DNA of 64,000 nt, taken from contig CBDCTZ010000015.1 of the NCBI GenBank assembly GCA_965222375.1, forward strand, positions 608,001-672,000. The letters are read 5' to 3'. The notes under the pieces are model-generated. The model was not told the origin of the DNA and made no database searches. It saw only the letters and a list, made by a program, of their open reading frames with translations. Each line of letters begins with the position of its first letter. Within the stretch, counting starts at the first letter, position 1. The position numbers and the translations under genes were made by a program. Below are positions 9,899 through 19,255 of the stretch, in pieces. Origin of the DNA: Polyangiaceae bacterium (lineage in GTDB: Bacteria; Myxococcota_A; Polyangia; Polyangiales; Polyangiaceae).

Positions 9899-10683
9899 GG
9901 TGGAGCCTCCCGGCGCAATCGATTCAGGTACGGGCCGTAGCCCTCCGGCCCTAACCAGAACTCGAGCATGTTGGAGACGCCGTTTGCCGTCAGAGTTGCT
10001 CCCGACAAGCCGTCCACTCGGAAGGGGTCCGAATCTGGCGGTCCCGCCCGTCCTTTGATCACGCGCAGACGCACCTTGCCTGCTTGGTCGAAGATCTTGC
10101 GGCCGTCCCAGCCCGCCTGCCAGCGCGGATCGTCGATTCCGTCTCCCAAGCCGGGCGTTTCAGCGTGCTCGTAGAAGGTGATGCCTCGAACCGTCGTGCC
10201 GTCCGCTGAAAGCGCCAGGTAGCCACGCAGCGTAGACCACAAGCCCAAACCCTCCATCGGCAATATCAGCCGGTCGACGCTCCCCGCCTGCTCAACCAAG
10301 TACACCAGGACGTGGTGCGGGAGACGCGCGACGTTTGCCTCGTTCTCTGAGGCCCTCCGACTCGTCGTCGGATCTCTGGCCGCGCGGCGAGGGTCGTAGG
10401 TCGCCAGATCGACTTCAGGCGCATCAGCGCCAGTCGCGAGTTCGATGGCCACGACTCGTACGTTGTCTTGAAACAGTCGCCGGATTTCGGCGCGCTCTGG
10501 TGGCTGCCCGGGTTCGACCAGGCCGGCGACCTCCAGGACTCGAGTCTGACGGTCTAGTTCCCGATTCTCAATCTGCCGCGGACGCAACAGCACGGCGGAG
10601 CCCGCCACGGCCAAGGAGCAGAACGCACACACCACCGCCGCGAATCGCAGCGTGTGCCACTTTCCTCGCTCAGGTGCGGTCAC
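9895..10683 (-). CDS. nqrC: Na+-NQR subunit C
   Basis: N-terminal [21 protein letters not shown] and FMN-attachment motif [10 protein letters not shown]. Confidence 0.95.
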   Translation of the reverse strand: MTAPERGKWHTLRFAAVVCAFCSLAVAGSAVLLRPRQIENRELDRQTRVLEVAGLVEPGQPPERAEIRRLFQDNVRVVAIELATGADAPEVDLATYDPRRAARDPTTSRRASENEANVARLPHHVLVYLVEQAGSVDRLILPMEGLGLWSTLRGYLALSADGTTVRGITFYEHAETPGLGDGIDDPRWQAGWDGRKIFDQAGKVRLRVIKGRAGPPDSDPFRVDGLSGATLTANGVSNMLEFWLGPEGYGPYLNRLRREAPP

Positions 10684-11872
10684 GAGCCAGCCTCCGTTTG
10701 ACGTTCGCCTGAACCACGACGTGGTCGATGACAGGAGCGAACAGGTTCATGAACAAGATGGCGAGCATCATCCCTTCCGGGTACGCCGGGTTCACCGCAC
10801 GGATCAGCACGGCTAGGAACCCGATTGCCAGGCCGTAGGCGAACTGACCGCGCAGCGTGAAGGGAGACGAGACGGGATCGGTGGCCATGAAGACCGCACC
10901 GAAGGCCCAGCCGCCGAGCAGCACGTGCCAGTGGGCCGGAACGTTGAACATTGGATTCGACGCAGAGCCAATGGCGCGCAGTAGCTCCGCCGTCACCAAC
11001 GTTCCTAGGACCACACCGATCAGCGTGCGGGCTGAGGCGACGCGCGTCAGCAGGAGTACGGCCGCACCGAGCAGGCAGGCCAGAGTCGACGTTTCACCCA
11101 TCGAACCCTGGGTCAGACCTAGAAACGCGTTCCACAGATCCGGGGCGCTGGTGTCGCCCTCGGCGAGGCGCGCCAGCGAAGTGGCTCCGGTGATGCCGTC
11201 GGGCAGCTTGGCTGCGACCCACACATCCCCGGACATCTGAGCGGGGTATGCGAAGAACAGAATCGCGCGCACGACCAGCGCGGGATTCAAGAAGTTCATG
11301 CCGGTGCCGCCGAAGACCTCCTTGGAAATGAGCACGCCGAAGGCCGTTCCGACTGCCACCTGCCACAGGGGAATAGTCGGGGGCAGAGTGAGAGGGATCA
11401 GAAATCCGGTAACGAAGAAACCCTCGTTGACGGCGTGTCGGCGCACGACCGCAAACAGCACTTCGATGGCGCCTCCCGCCGCAAAGCAAACGGCAAGCAC
11501 CGGGATGAAATAGAGCGCACCGCGCACCGTGCAACCGATCACGGACTGCGGAGAAGCCGACAGACCCGTTGCCGCAAACACGGCGCTGCGCCAGTCGGGG
11601 ATCTCCGTGCCGCCCTGAGCCAGAACCAGGTGCGCCTGGTAGCCTGTATTGTAGAGCGCCATGAGCAGGCAAGGCACAAGGGCTACGACCACGACGATCA
11701 TGACGCGCTTGAGGTCGATGGCGTCGCGTACGTGTACGTTGCCACGAGTCACGGTGCTCGGCGAACACAGCAGCGTATCCACCATCTCGAAAAGGGGCGC
11801 GAAGCGCTCGAGGCGGCGGCCACGCTCGAAAGGTCGGCGTGCCCGCTCCAGGGCCTTGCTCAACCGAGACAT
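10670..11872 (-). CDS. nqrB: Na+-NQR subunit B
   Basis: HVRDAIDLKRVM, KEVFGGTGMNFLNPAL, FMN motif DGITGAT, GSMGETS, FMATDPVS and PAYPEGMMLAILF. Confidence 0.95.
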   Translation of the reverse strand: MSRLSKALERARRPFERGRRLERFAPLFEMVDTLLCSPSTVTRGNVHVRDAIDLKRVMIVVVVALVPCLLMALYNTGYQAHLVLAQGGTEIPDWRSAVFAATGLSASPQSVIGCTVRGALYFIPVLAVCFAAGGAIEVLFAVVRRHAVNEGFFVTGFLIPLTLPPTIPLWQVAVGTAFGVLISKEVFGGTGMNFLNPALVVRAILFFAYPAQMSGDVWVAAKLPDGITGATSLARLAEGDTSAPDLWNAFLGLTQGSMGETSTLACLLGAAVLLLTRVASARTLIGVVLGTLVTAELLRAIGSASNPMFNVPAHWHVLLGGWAFGAVFMATDPVSSPFTLRGQFAYGLAIGFLAVLIRAVNPAYPEGMMLAILFMNLFAPVIDHVVVQANVKRRLARDRT

Positions 11873-13236
11873 CAGGCTCCCGTCTCCAATTCGTCCAACA
11901 CCGCGCGGAGCCGTTCGCCGTAGTCGGCTTTACCTGGGCAGACGAAGCTGCACAGCGCAACGTCTTCCTCGCTCAACTCGAGCGCACCCAGTTGCTCCGC
12001 CCACTCCAAGTCTCCGACACTCACAGCCCTAAGAAGGTGAGTGGGAAGCACGTCATAAGGCATCACGCGCTCGTAGGCACCAATGGGTACAATCGCGCGA
12101 GGGCCACCGGCCAGCGACGTTGTGAGACTCGGCGCCATCGGCGACCTCCCCATCCAGCGGCGCAGCAGCGCAAGCAGCGACTCGGCGAACACCGGCGTGA
12201 AGGAGTAGCGGTCAAACCCTGGACGCAACCAATGCAGGGCGTGACGCTCGCGGTCTTCGCTCAAGACTGCGATCTGCTGATGGTGGCGCCCCAGCCAGCC
12301 TTCCACTTCGCCCCGAGCGACGCGCCCATGGAGCACGGATCCCGACACAACCCGTTGCTCACCCGACCTCAGCTCGTTCGCAACCGCGTCATCCACGCTG
12401 GCGCCAGTGCGCAACCGGAGCAGACGAGGATTGAGAACACCTGGACCCGCCAAGGAGACGACTCGGGTTGAGTCAAGAGTGCCACGAGCAAGCAGGTACC
12501 CAATCGCTGCCACGTCCTGCGCGCCGATGTGCCAGACGCTTCTGCCGCGGTGCACCGGTGCTAGAAGCTGAATGTGAAGCCCTACGTTCCCGGCGGGGTG
12601 CGGCCCGTCGAATTCTTCGAGGGAAACTTCAGCATTGCCGAGGGGTGGGCGCTGTCCGCGGCGCACGCACACGAAGGTGGTGCCACCCGTCAAACGAGTC
12701 ACAGCTGCAAGTCCGCGCTCGAAGTCTTCCTCACGCCCTGAGAGGGTCGAGTCCAAATCCGGCGCGTGAGGCTGTGTGTCGATCGCCGAAATGAATAGTG
12801 CGTGTGGCTCGCCCGCCGGATCTGGCGTGCGCTCAAAGGGGCGCTCGCGAAGTGCAGTCCACAGTCCGGTCTGAAGCAGGAGGGCGCGCAACGCGTCGCC
12901 GTCCTCCGCGGCTCGATTGATCGCGAAGCCGTGCGTGTCGTCGTCCTCGATCTCCACGGTAACGCTTTGAAGGCGGCGCCTGTCGCCCCGATGGACGGCG
13001 CTGACGCGGCCTCCTGCGGGAGCGGTTACGTAAAGCCCGTTGCGTCGTCGGTCTTCCAGCAGGGGTGCGCCGCGCTGCACACGATCACCAGGTTGCACGA
13101 GGGGGCGCAACTTTCCACCACGTACGTCGTCGGCCATTACGCCGACGCGGCCGACAGGCTTCGCTTCTGGACTTCCCGAGCGGGGTGCTCCGGAAAGCGG
13201 CAGGTCGAGGCCGCGCCGAATGCGATGTACAGCCAT
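11872..13236 (-). CDS. nqrA: Na+-NQR subunit A
   Basis: IRRGLDLPLSGAP, GLWTALRERPF, GPHPAGNVG, SGSVLHG and LGALELSEEDVALCSFVCPGK. Confidence 0.95.
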   Translation of the reverse strand: MAVHRIRRGLDLPLSGAPRSGSPEAKPVGRVGVMADDVRGGKLRPLVQPGDRVQRGAPLLEDRRRNGLYVTAPAGGRVSAVHRGDRRRLQSVTVEIEDDDTHGFAINRAAEDGDALRALLLQTGLWTALRERPFERTPDPAGEPHALFISAIDTQPHAPDLDSTLSGREEDFERGLAAVTRLTGGTTFVCVRRGQRPPLGNAEVSLEEFDGPHPAGNVGLHIQLLAPVHRGRSVWHIGAQDVAAIGYLLARGTLDSTRVVSLAGPGVLNPRLLRLRTGASVDDAVANELRSGEQRVVSGSVLHGRVARGEVEGWLGRHHQQIAVLSEDRERHALHWLRPGFDRYSFTPVFAESLLALLRRWMGRSPMAPSLTTSLAGGPRAIVPIGAYERVMPYDVLPTHLLRAVSVGDLEWAEQLGALELSEEDVALCSFVCPGKADYGERLRAVLDELETGA

Positions 13237-13385
13237 CGCTGCTTTGGCTAGCAAACACCGGACCGCTTGATTGGCTCACTCTGGAACGTCCAGGTGCGCA
13301 CGCGTTGCACCGGCTAGCCTTCGTTCCGCAACGGCTGCGTTGGAGGTCCCCCGCCGCGGGCCTGGGCCTCAGACGCCGTCGGAAG

Positions 13386-14273
13386 CTACTCAGCGCTGCT
13401 GGGCTTGATCGCGAGCACGCTGAGGTCCGTCTCACGAAGGACCTGATCCGCCGTGCTTCCCAGAATCACTTGACGCAGATTGGTGTGACCTTGGGTGCCT
13501 ACGACCACGAGGTCGGCGCCTAGTTCCTGCGCACACTCGAGGATGCCGCTACCGTAGTTCATTCCCTCATGCAGATGGCATGCGGGTTCACCGCTCACTC
13601 CACTCGTGAAACCCTTCAGCCGGTAGGTCAAAGCGTCCCTGTACTGTCGTTGAAAGTCTGGTGAGGTCCCGACAGAGGGCGCGCGATAGTGCAGCACCTT
13701 CCAAGGAGGACGAAAGACATGAACAAGATGTAGCGATGCACCATCCTTTGAGGCGATCGGGGCAGCTTGCTCCGCGGCGAGCTTGGAAGTTTCCGAAAAA
13801 TCCACGCCGACCAGTACGCGTCCGAACGCTCCATCCTTGTCGGGGTGCACCAAAAGCACTCGCGTGGGGGCCTTTTGAATCGCCTTCCTGGCAACAGATC
13901 CGGCGCCGAACCCAGTGGTTGAGCTCTTGATGCCAACAATCAAGAGATCCGCCGAGACCTCTTCCACCTTTTGAACGGTTAGCCGCTCGGGACGCCCTGC
14001 ATCGACGGACATGCTCGCAAACTTGGCCGCCGGCGCGAGCTTTCCAGCCCACTCCGTCAGGTGGTTGCGCGCGTCGTCCAGAACTTGCTCCCGCACGGAG
14101 CTCGACTTCCTCGGCAGCAACGCCAGCAGCTGTTGAACGACGTGGTCATCGATGACGTGGAAGAGATGCAACTTCGCCTGATGGTTGCTTGCCAACCGAA
14201 CCCCTTGCTTGAGGGCAGCACTGCAACCATCCGAAAAGTCGATGCCAACCAAGATGTTGTCAAGTTCGCTCAT
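13386..14273 (-). CDS. Universal stress protein, two USP domains
   Basis: ILVGIDFS, VLVGVDFSE, ADLVVVGTQG and LGSTADQVLR. Confidence 0.92.
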   Translation of the reverse strand: MSELDNILVGIDFSDGCSAALKQGVRLASNHQAKLHLFHVIDDHVVQQLLALLPRKSSSVREQVLDDARNHLTEWAGKLAPAAKFASMSVDAGRPERLTVQKVEEVSADLLIVGIKSSTTGFGAGSVARKAIQKAPTRVLLVHPDKDGAFGRVLVGVDFSETSKLAAEQAAPIASKDGASLHLVHVFRPPWKVLHYRAPSVGTSPDFQRQYRDALTYRLKGFTSGVSGEPACHLHEGMNYGSGILECAQELGADLVVVGTQGHTNLRQVILGSTADQVLRETDLSVLAIKPSSAE

Positions 14274-14744
14274 CGGCCCTGGTCCTCAGCACAGGTGGAG
14301 GCGATCGAGTGGGGTGACCATCTGTCCCTTCCGCGAGCCAACCGTAGCATGGGCGGACTGATGGATCGCGCGCACGTTTTGCGGTTGATTGGCTCCATCT
14401 GGGCTGTCACTTCGACGCTCTCGAAGACTGGGGGACCGCGCTTGACCTGGTCGCCGGACTCGCGCGACACGCGCCCCAGCACCCAATCCGCAGTCACGAG
14501 ATTGCATCACCCGCCGACTCGGGGGTGCCGGGTTCGACGTAATCCCAGGCGAGGACGAGGTGCTCGATGTGGTCCTGAAGCAAACCAGCCAAGCATCCCA
14601 AGCCACTCTTGGCGAGGCTGCGGAAGGAGTCGCGTCGATATGCAAGGTGCGAATCGCAAAAACCTATGACTTCAGCGCCCGGCAGTCCGAACAGCAAGCT
14701 GTGCCGCCGCGCTAGGCGCGCTTGTCGCCAACTCTTCGGCGCTT

Positions 14745-15899
14745 TCAGTTCTTGACGCAGGTCAGTCGCGTGCCGGTATTGCTACCGCACGTGGCGCACA
14801 GCGAAGTCGTGCTCTGCGATGTCGAGTGATAGCCCGAAGGGCAACTCGAACCGCAGGCGGAGAACGAATTGCCACTGATTTTGATGCACGACTTGCGGGT
14901 CCCGGTGTTGCTAGGGCACGTGGCGCACAGGGATGTGCAGGAACTCGAGGAAGCGTAGTAGCCGCTCGGGCAGCCGCCGCAGGCGGAAAACGAGTTTCCG
15001 CTGATCGCGATGCAGGACTTGCGTGGGCCCGTATTGCTACCGCATTGGCCACACAGGGATGTGCAGGAACTCGAGGAAGCGTAATAGCCGCTAGGACACG
15101 AGATGCACGACGAGAACGAGCTTCCACCGATCTTGATGCAAGAGTTGCGCGTCCCAGTATTGCTGGGGCAATTGGCGCATAGCGAAGTGCAAGACCTCGA
15201 AGACGGGTAGTACCCGGTGGGGCACGAGTTGCAAGCGCTCATGGAGTTCGAGCATGCAGCGATGCACTGCGCCCGCGCGCTGCCTCCGCAGATGCTGCTG
15301 CAGCTGATCGACGAAGCGTAGTAGTTGGTGGGGCAATTGGCGCCGCACTGCAAAAACGATCCTGGCGTTCCACTCGATTTACAGTCACCGTTCTGACAGG
15401 TTTCGTCACCGTTGCAAAAGTCACCGTCGCTGCACGAGGTCCCGTTCTGCACGTTCGACTTGACGCACTTCCCACCGGAGCAAGTGTTCGTCGTGCATAC
15501 GTTATTGTCGTCGCAGTCGCCGTTACCGAAACACTGAGGCGGCGTCCCGCCCGAACCTGGGATTCCACCCGTGCTTGGAATCCCGCCCGTACCTGGAGTT
15601 CCACCCGTACTCGGCGTTCCCCCACTACCGGCAGACGCGCCCGTTCCAGCGCCCGCGCCCGTACCAGGCGTCGCGCCAGTGCCGCCACCCGCGCCCGCCG
15701 CGGCATCGCTACCGCCTCCTGTGCCCAGCCCACCCTGAGCGCCGGTCGCAAAACTTCCGTCTGCTAGGCCAAAACTGCCAGTGCCGCCCCCATCGACGGA
15801 GCCGTCAGCCGCGTCCACGAGCAAGTCCTCGGCACCGTTGAATGCATTGCACGCCCCAAACACGATAATGCAAGCTCCTGCCCAAAACCCTTTCCGCAC
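14745..15899 (-). CDS. Cys-rich lipoprotein with CTDC-like repeats and tandem 42-aa 6-Cys repeats
   Basis: FGAC lipobox and Gly/Thr/Pro linker. CDDNNVCTTNTC is followed by repeated SFSxCxxCPSGYYASSSSCTSLCxxCxSNTGxRKSCIxI. Confidence 0.85.
   Translation of the reverse strand: MRKGFWAGACIIVFGACNAFNGAEDLLVDAADGSVDGGGTGSFGLADGSFATGAQGGLGTGGGSDAAAGAGGGTGATPGTGAGAGTGASAGSGGTPSTGGTPGTGGIPSTGGIPGSGGTPPQCFGNGDCDDNNVCTTNTCSGGKCVKSNVQNGTSCSDGDFCNGDETCQNGDCKSSGTPGSFLQCGANCPTNYYASSISCSSICGGSARAQCIAACSNSMSACNSCPTGYYPSSRSCTSLCANCPSNTGTRNSCIKIGGSSFSSCISCPSGYYASSSSCTSLCGQCGSNTGPRKSCIAISGNSFSACGGCPSGYYASSSSCTSLCATCPSNTGTRKSCIKISGNSFSACGSSCPSGYHSTSQSTTSLCATCGSNTGTRLTCVKN
14748..15360 (-). repeat. Coding tandem repeat with about 126-bp period, roughly 4.5-5 copies
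   Basis: GATGTGCAGGAACTCGAGGAAGCGTA occurs at about 14932 and 15058, 126 bp apart, with degenerate copies on both sides. Confidence 0.85.
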
Positions 15900-16225
15900 C
15901 GAGTAAGCATAATGGATTCGTGGGCGCAGCGCCCTTCAAGAATGCTCTCTCGCGAATCAGAGCACCCATCCATCACGCTCGAGTATCGCGACCGAGGACC
16001 GGTGTTCCGTGTTCAGGCTGAGTGCCCGCTGACCCGCGCGAGCTGCACCAGCGGCGCCTCGGCGCAGGAGCCGACGACGTCGGCTTCGGCGGCCGGACGA
16101 GAAGGGTAGCGACGCCAAGTCGGTGAACATGCGGCAGAGCCTCGCCGATGGTCTCCACTACAGGGCAGCGTATTGCATGGCGGTGTGCCTCGCAGACGAG
16201 GAGGTCATCGGCCGCTGTTGCAGGA

Positions 16226-17581
16226 TTACTGACAGCAAACGGTGGCCAGTCCGCTCTTCGTGACCGAGCCGGAAGGGGAAGTCGAGGAGGGCGTGCATGT
16301 TCCGCCGCCGCCGACAATCCCGCTCACCCTGACTGAACGCACATCACTGCCGGAAGCAGACGACTCCGGGACGGGGGTGCAGGTTGTGGTGAACTTGGTC
16401 GCCTTCCCGCCGCAGCCAGATCCGAGGTGGTCTTCGAACACGCCCGTACAAGTCCCCGAAGTGGGGCTGCCGCAGGAGCACTTCGTGCAACCGCGAGTGT
16501 CACTCACGCTCGTGTACAGAGTGTGTTTGTTAGAATAGCTCGAGGGACAAGCGTGAGAACCGAGCTTGGCGGTGCAGTGTTTTGCTTGGAACAACGACGG
16601 TGGCGGCGGTGCACACACGGTGCCGGTGCCGCAGCCCGCGCCAAGCTTCGGGGCTTGGCAAACGCGCTCCGCGCCAGACCACGTGACCGCTGGGCGGGTT
16701 GGCGTGCCACCTTGCGGGGTGCAGCCCCCGCCAGACGCTGCGCTGAGGAACGTCAACCGCGCGCTGCGCGGTTTGGCCCCCCCGCTGTGCGGCAGCGTCA
16801 ATTCATTACAGCCAGGCGAAACCTGAAAGAACCAGCTCGTGGCCGTGGAGCACGAGGTGGCCGACGAGTAGTACTTGATCTGGATATTGCTCTTGTTGCA
16901 CACCTGCCCGCTGGCAGGCGCGCAGCTGCAAGAGCTACAGCTGGCGGGTGCCGCGCTCACGCCTTGTCCACCGTCAAACTGAGCGCTGGAAAAGTCTTCG
17001 CTACACGGTGCAAGTTTGTTGCCGGTCGCGTAGACCGAAAGCGTGGACCAACCATCCGGCAGCTCAGGGATGCATTGGTAGCCGGCTGCCTGACAGTCGG
17101 GATCTGAGCAATCGACGAGATTGTCGTTGTCGTTGTCCACACTATCCGTGCAGTTCTCGCCCCCGGCAGCGCCCCCGCTTCCGCCCGCTGCACCGGCAGT
17201 TCCGCCACTTGGAGCGCCAGCTGAACCCCCGGTCGCCGTGCCACCTGCACCCCCCGTCGCCGCACCGCCCTCACCGCCTGTGGCTGTGCCGCCCACGCCG
17301 CCTGTGGTCGTGCCGCCCGTGCCGCCCGGTGCGCCCGCGGCCCCGCTACTGCCACTCAACCCGCCGTAGCCTGCGTCGGTACCGGCCGCCCCACCAAGCA
17401 ACTCTGAGTCAGAGGGCGCCAACAGCGAGCAGGCGCCAAGGCTTGCGAAGCCGACCATGAGCGCGACGCGATATGGCGCACCAGACCACCAGTCTACTGC
17501 AGCGGGCCACTGCTTTTGAGTTTGCATCGACAATGGGCGCAAGAGGCAAAGCGCGAGGTTACGCGAGAGGCAGAGTAGCAA
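16226..17581 (-). CDS. Cys-rich lipoprotein with Gly-rich linker
   Basis: LGAC-SLL lipobox, so the true start is probably near 17459-17527. Contains ENCTDSVDNDNDNLVDCSDPDC and DTRGCTKCSC, and ends in TVCC. Confidence 0.8.
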   Translation of the reverse strand: MLLCLSRNLALCLLRPLSMQTQKQWPAAVDWWSGAPYRVALMVGFASLGACSLLAPSDSELLGGAAGTDAGYGGLSGSSGAAGAPGGTGGTTTGGVGGTATGGEGGAATGGAGGTATGGSAGAPSGGTAGAAGGSGGAAGGENCTDSVDNDNDNLVDCSDPDCQAAGYQCIPELPDGWSTLSVYATGNKLAPCSEDFSSAQFDGGQGVSAAPASCSSCSCAPASGQVCNKSNIQIKYYSSATSCSTATSWFFQVSPGCNELTLPHSGGAKPRSARLTFLSAASGGGCTPQGGTPTRPAVTWSGAERVCQAPKLGAGCGTGTVCAPPPPSLFQAKHCTAKLGSHACPSSYSNKHTLYTSVSDTRGCTKCSCGSPTSGTCTGVFEDHLGSGCGGKATKFTTTCTPVPESSASGSDVRSVRVSGIVGGGGTCTPSSTSPSGSVTKSGLATVCCQ

Positions 17582-17771
17582 GGGTCAGGCCAGTAGGTCT
17601 AGGGTGCACAGCCAGGGATCACGAGCAACGCAGATGTGCCACTGGCTACCACCGCGAAACGTGGATTCGCCTCACTCCTGCGGGCCGTGGAATCGCGAAG
17701 CCTCATGTTCGCAAGGCCAAACCGATTCCACCGGCCATGCAACGTGCCGAAGCGTGCCTTCAGGCCTAGGG

Positions 17772-18413
17772 TCAGGGTAGCAAGTGGCTGGATTCGAGCG
17801 TGATCTCGCCTCCTTCACTGACGTCGTAGAAGGAAACCGAGTGCTCGTTCAGGTCGAGAACTCCAAAGCAAGGCCCCCAGCCTCGCGCCAAAGTTCCGGC
17901 ATTGACGATTGTCAGACCACTGATGGTGCGCAGCATGCGGCGGTGAGTATGGCCGTTGATCACAAGTCGCTCGCCGCGCTGAAGGAGCAGGCTGAGCGCA
18001 TCGTTCGTCTCCAGCGCGTAGCCATGGTCTTCCGGCCGCACGCCTTTCATGTCGTCCTCACCCAATCCGTGGCACAGCAGGACCGACCCGAGCGTCGTCG
18101 ACAGGTGGCGGGTACGCGGAAGCGAGGACAACCACTCACGACTCTCAGGCGACAAATCCGTCAGAGAAGTGGCGTCGTCGAGCTCCCGCATCACGCCAGC
18201 CAAGATCCAGCGCTCGTGATTGCCGGCAACGGTCATTACATCGTGCTCAGCAAGCAACTCGATACAGCGGTCAGGGTTACCATAACCGTCCACGATATCA
18301 CCCACGGCGCAAATCCCATCGACCCCGAGTTCCGCGAAGAACTCAAGGCCAGCCGCGAGCCGCGTGTCCTCGCAGTGAATGTCACCAATGAGTCCCAGGC
18401 GGCGATGGATCAT
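17772..18413 (-). CDS. Calcineurin-like metallophosphoesterase (YfcE-like)
   Basis: GDIH, GDIVDG, GNHE, CHG, GHTH and NAGT motifs. ATGA overlap with the upstream gene. Confidence 0.9.
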   Translation of the reverse strand: MIHRRLGLIGDIHCEDTRLAAGLEFFAELGVDGICAVGDIVDGYGNPDRCIELLAEHDVMTVAGNHERWILAGVMRELDDATSLTDLSPESREWLSSLPRTRHLSTTLGSVLLCHGLGEDDMKGVRPEDHGYALETNDALSLLLQRGERLVINGHTHRRMLRTISGLTIVNAGTLARGWGPCFGVLDLNEHSVSFYDVSEGGEITLESSHLLP

Positions 18414-19207
18414 GGCTTCGCATCCCGGGACCAACCCGTACCGCGGCTCGGAGCATCATGGTCGTGCTCCAACTTCGCGCCGTCGCTCGGAATCGGAGCA
18501 ATCGGGATTCGCGACTCCGAGCCGTTCGTGAACGACAGGTATACGGATGCAACTACAACTTCCAGCACGAGGCTACTGACGGCCGACAATGCGTGCCGGA
18601 TAGCCGGGAGTTCGAGCGCCAGGAATCCTACCATGCCCAGAGGAACCATGAGCAGCAGGAGCAGTAGTGCGATCTGTAGACTCGCTCCCCTCGTGGCGGT
18701 CCAGCTGCTTCGGAATGCTCTCACAATGGGCTCGCCTCTATCGACGATGAACTGCACCCATACGATTCCGCGAATCCCAAGAACAACCATCATCGGAAGC
18801 AGCACGACCATCCCGGCCATTTCCGCCAGCGAGGGATCGGGCACTCCCAGGAAGTGGGACGGGATTTCAAGCGCCAGGATCGCGACGAACACTCCCGGCG
18901 CGACACGAACGCCTTGGAGCAGCGTCGCAACGGTTGGTTTTCCGCCTGAAGCAAGGTCGATCGCTGCGCACGTGAGTCCTCCTGTCAGCAAGGACTGCCA
19001 GGCGGCCTTCGCCACAACGAACGCCAGCACCATCCCAATTCCGGCGCCGTACACGCCAAGTTCTCCCCGTAGCTGGATCCCAGGCTGCGCCCACACCGCG
19101 GGAACGACACCAAGTATCAAGAGCGCGCGGACTGGGTGCCGACACACTCCACGAACCGAGTTCGTCAGCACGTCGCCGATGACCAGCCCTGACCTCCCCC
19201 CTCTCAT
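18410..19207 (-). CDS. Multi-pass membrane protein
   Basis: About 6 hydrophobic segments and AFRSSWTATRG. Co-oriented and translationally coupled with the phosphoesterase. Confidence 0.7.
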   Translation of the reverse strand: MRGGRSGLVIGDVLTNSVRGVCRHPVRALLILGVVPAVWAQPGIQLRGELGVYGAGIGMVLAFVVAKAAWQSLLTGGLTCAAIDLASGGKPTVATLLQGVRVAPGVFVAILALEIPSHFLGVPDPSLAEMAGMVVLLPMMVVLGIRGIVWVQFIVDRGEPIVRAFRSSWTATRGASLQIALLLLLLMVPLGMVGFLALELPAIRHALSAVSSLVLEVVVASVYLSFTNGSESRIPIAPIPSDGAKLEHDHDAPSRGTGWSRDAKP

Positions 19208-19255
19208 CGCAACGAATTGTAGTCGCTTTTCACTAGGCCATCATGAAACCCCGCA

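Noticed and set aside
7368..13236. Rnf complex as an alternative call
   Set aside because: NqrA- and NqrF-specific sequences, ABCDEF order and nqrM are present, and there are no RnfB/RnfC 4Fe-4S motifs.
14349..14715. Possible plus-strand gene reconstructed with two +1 G insertions
   Set aside because: Needs two assumed frameshifts and gives no recognisable motif.
15912..16109. Short ORF with ITLEYRDRGP, resembling a HATPase fragment
   Set aside because: Too short and lacks the other kinase boxes.
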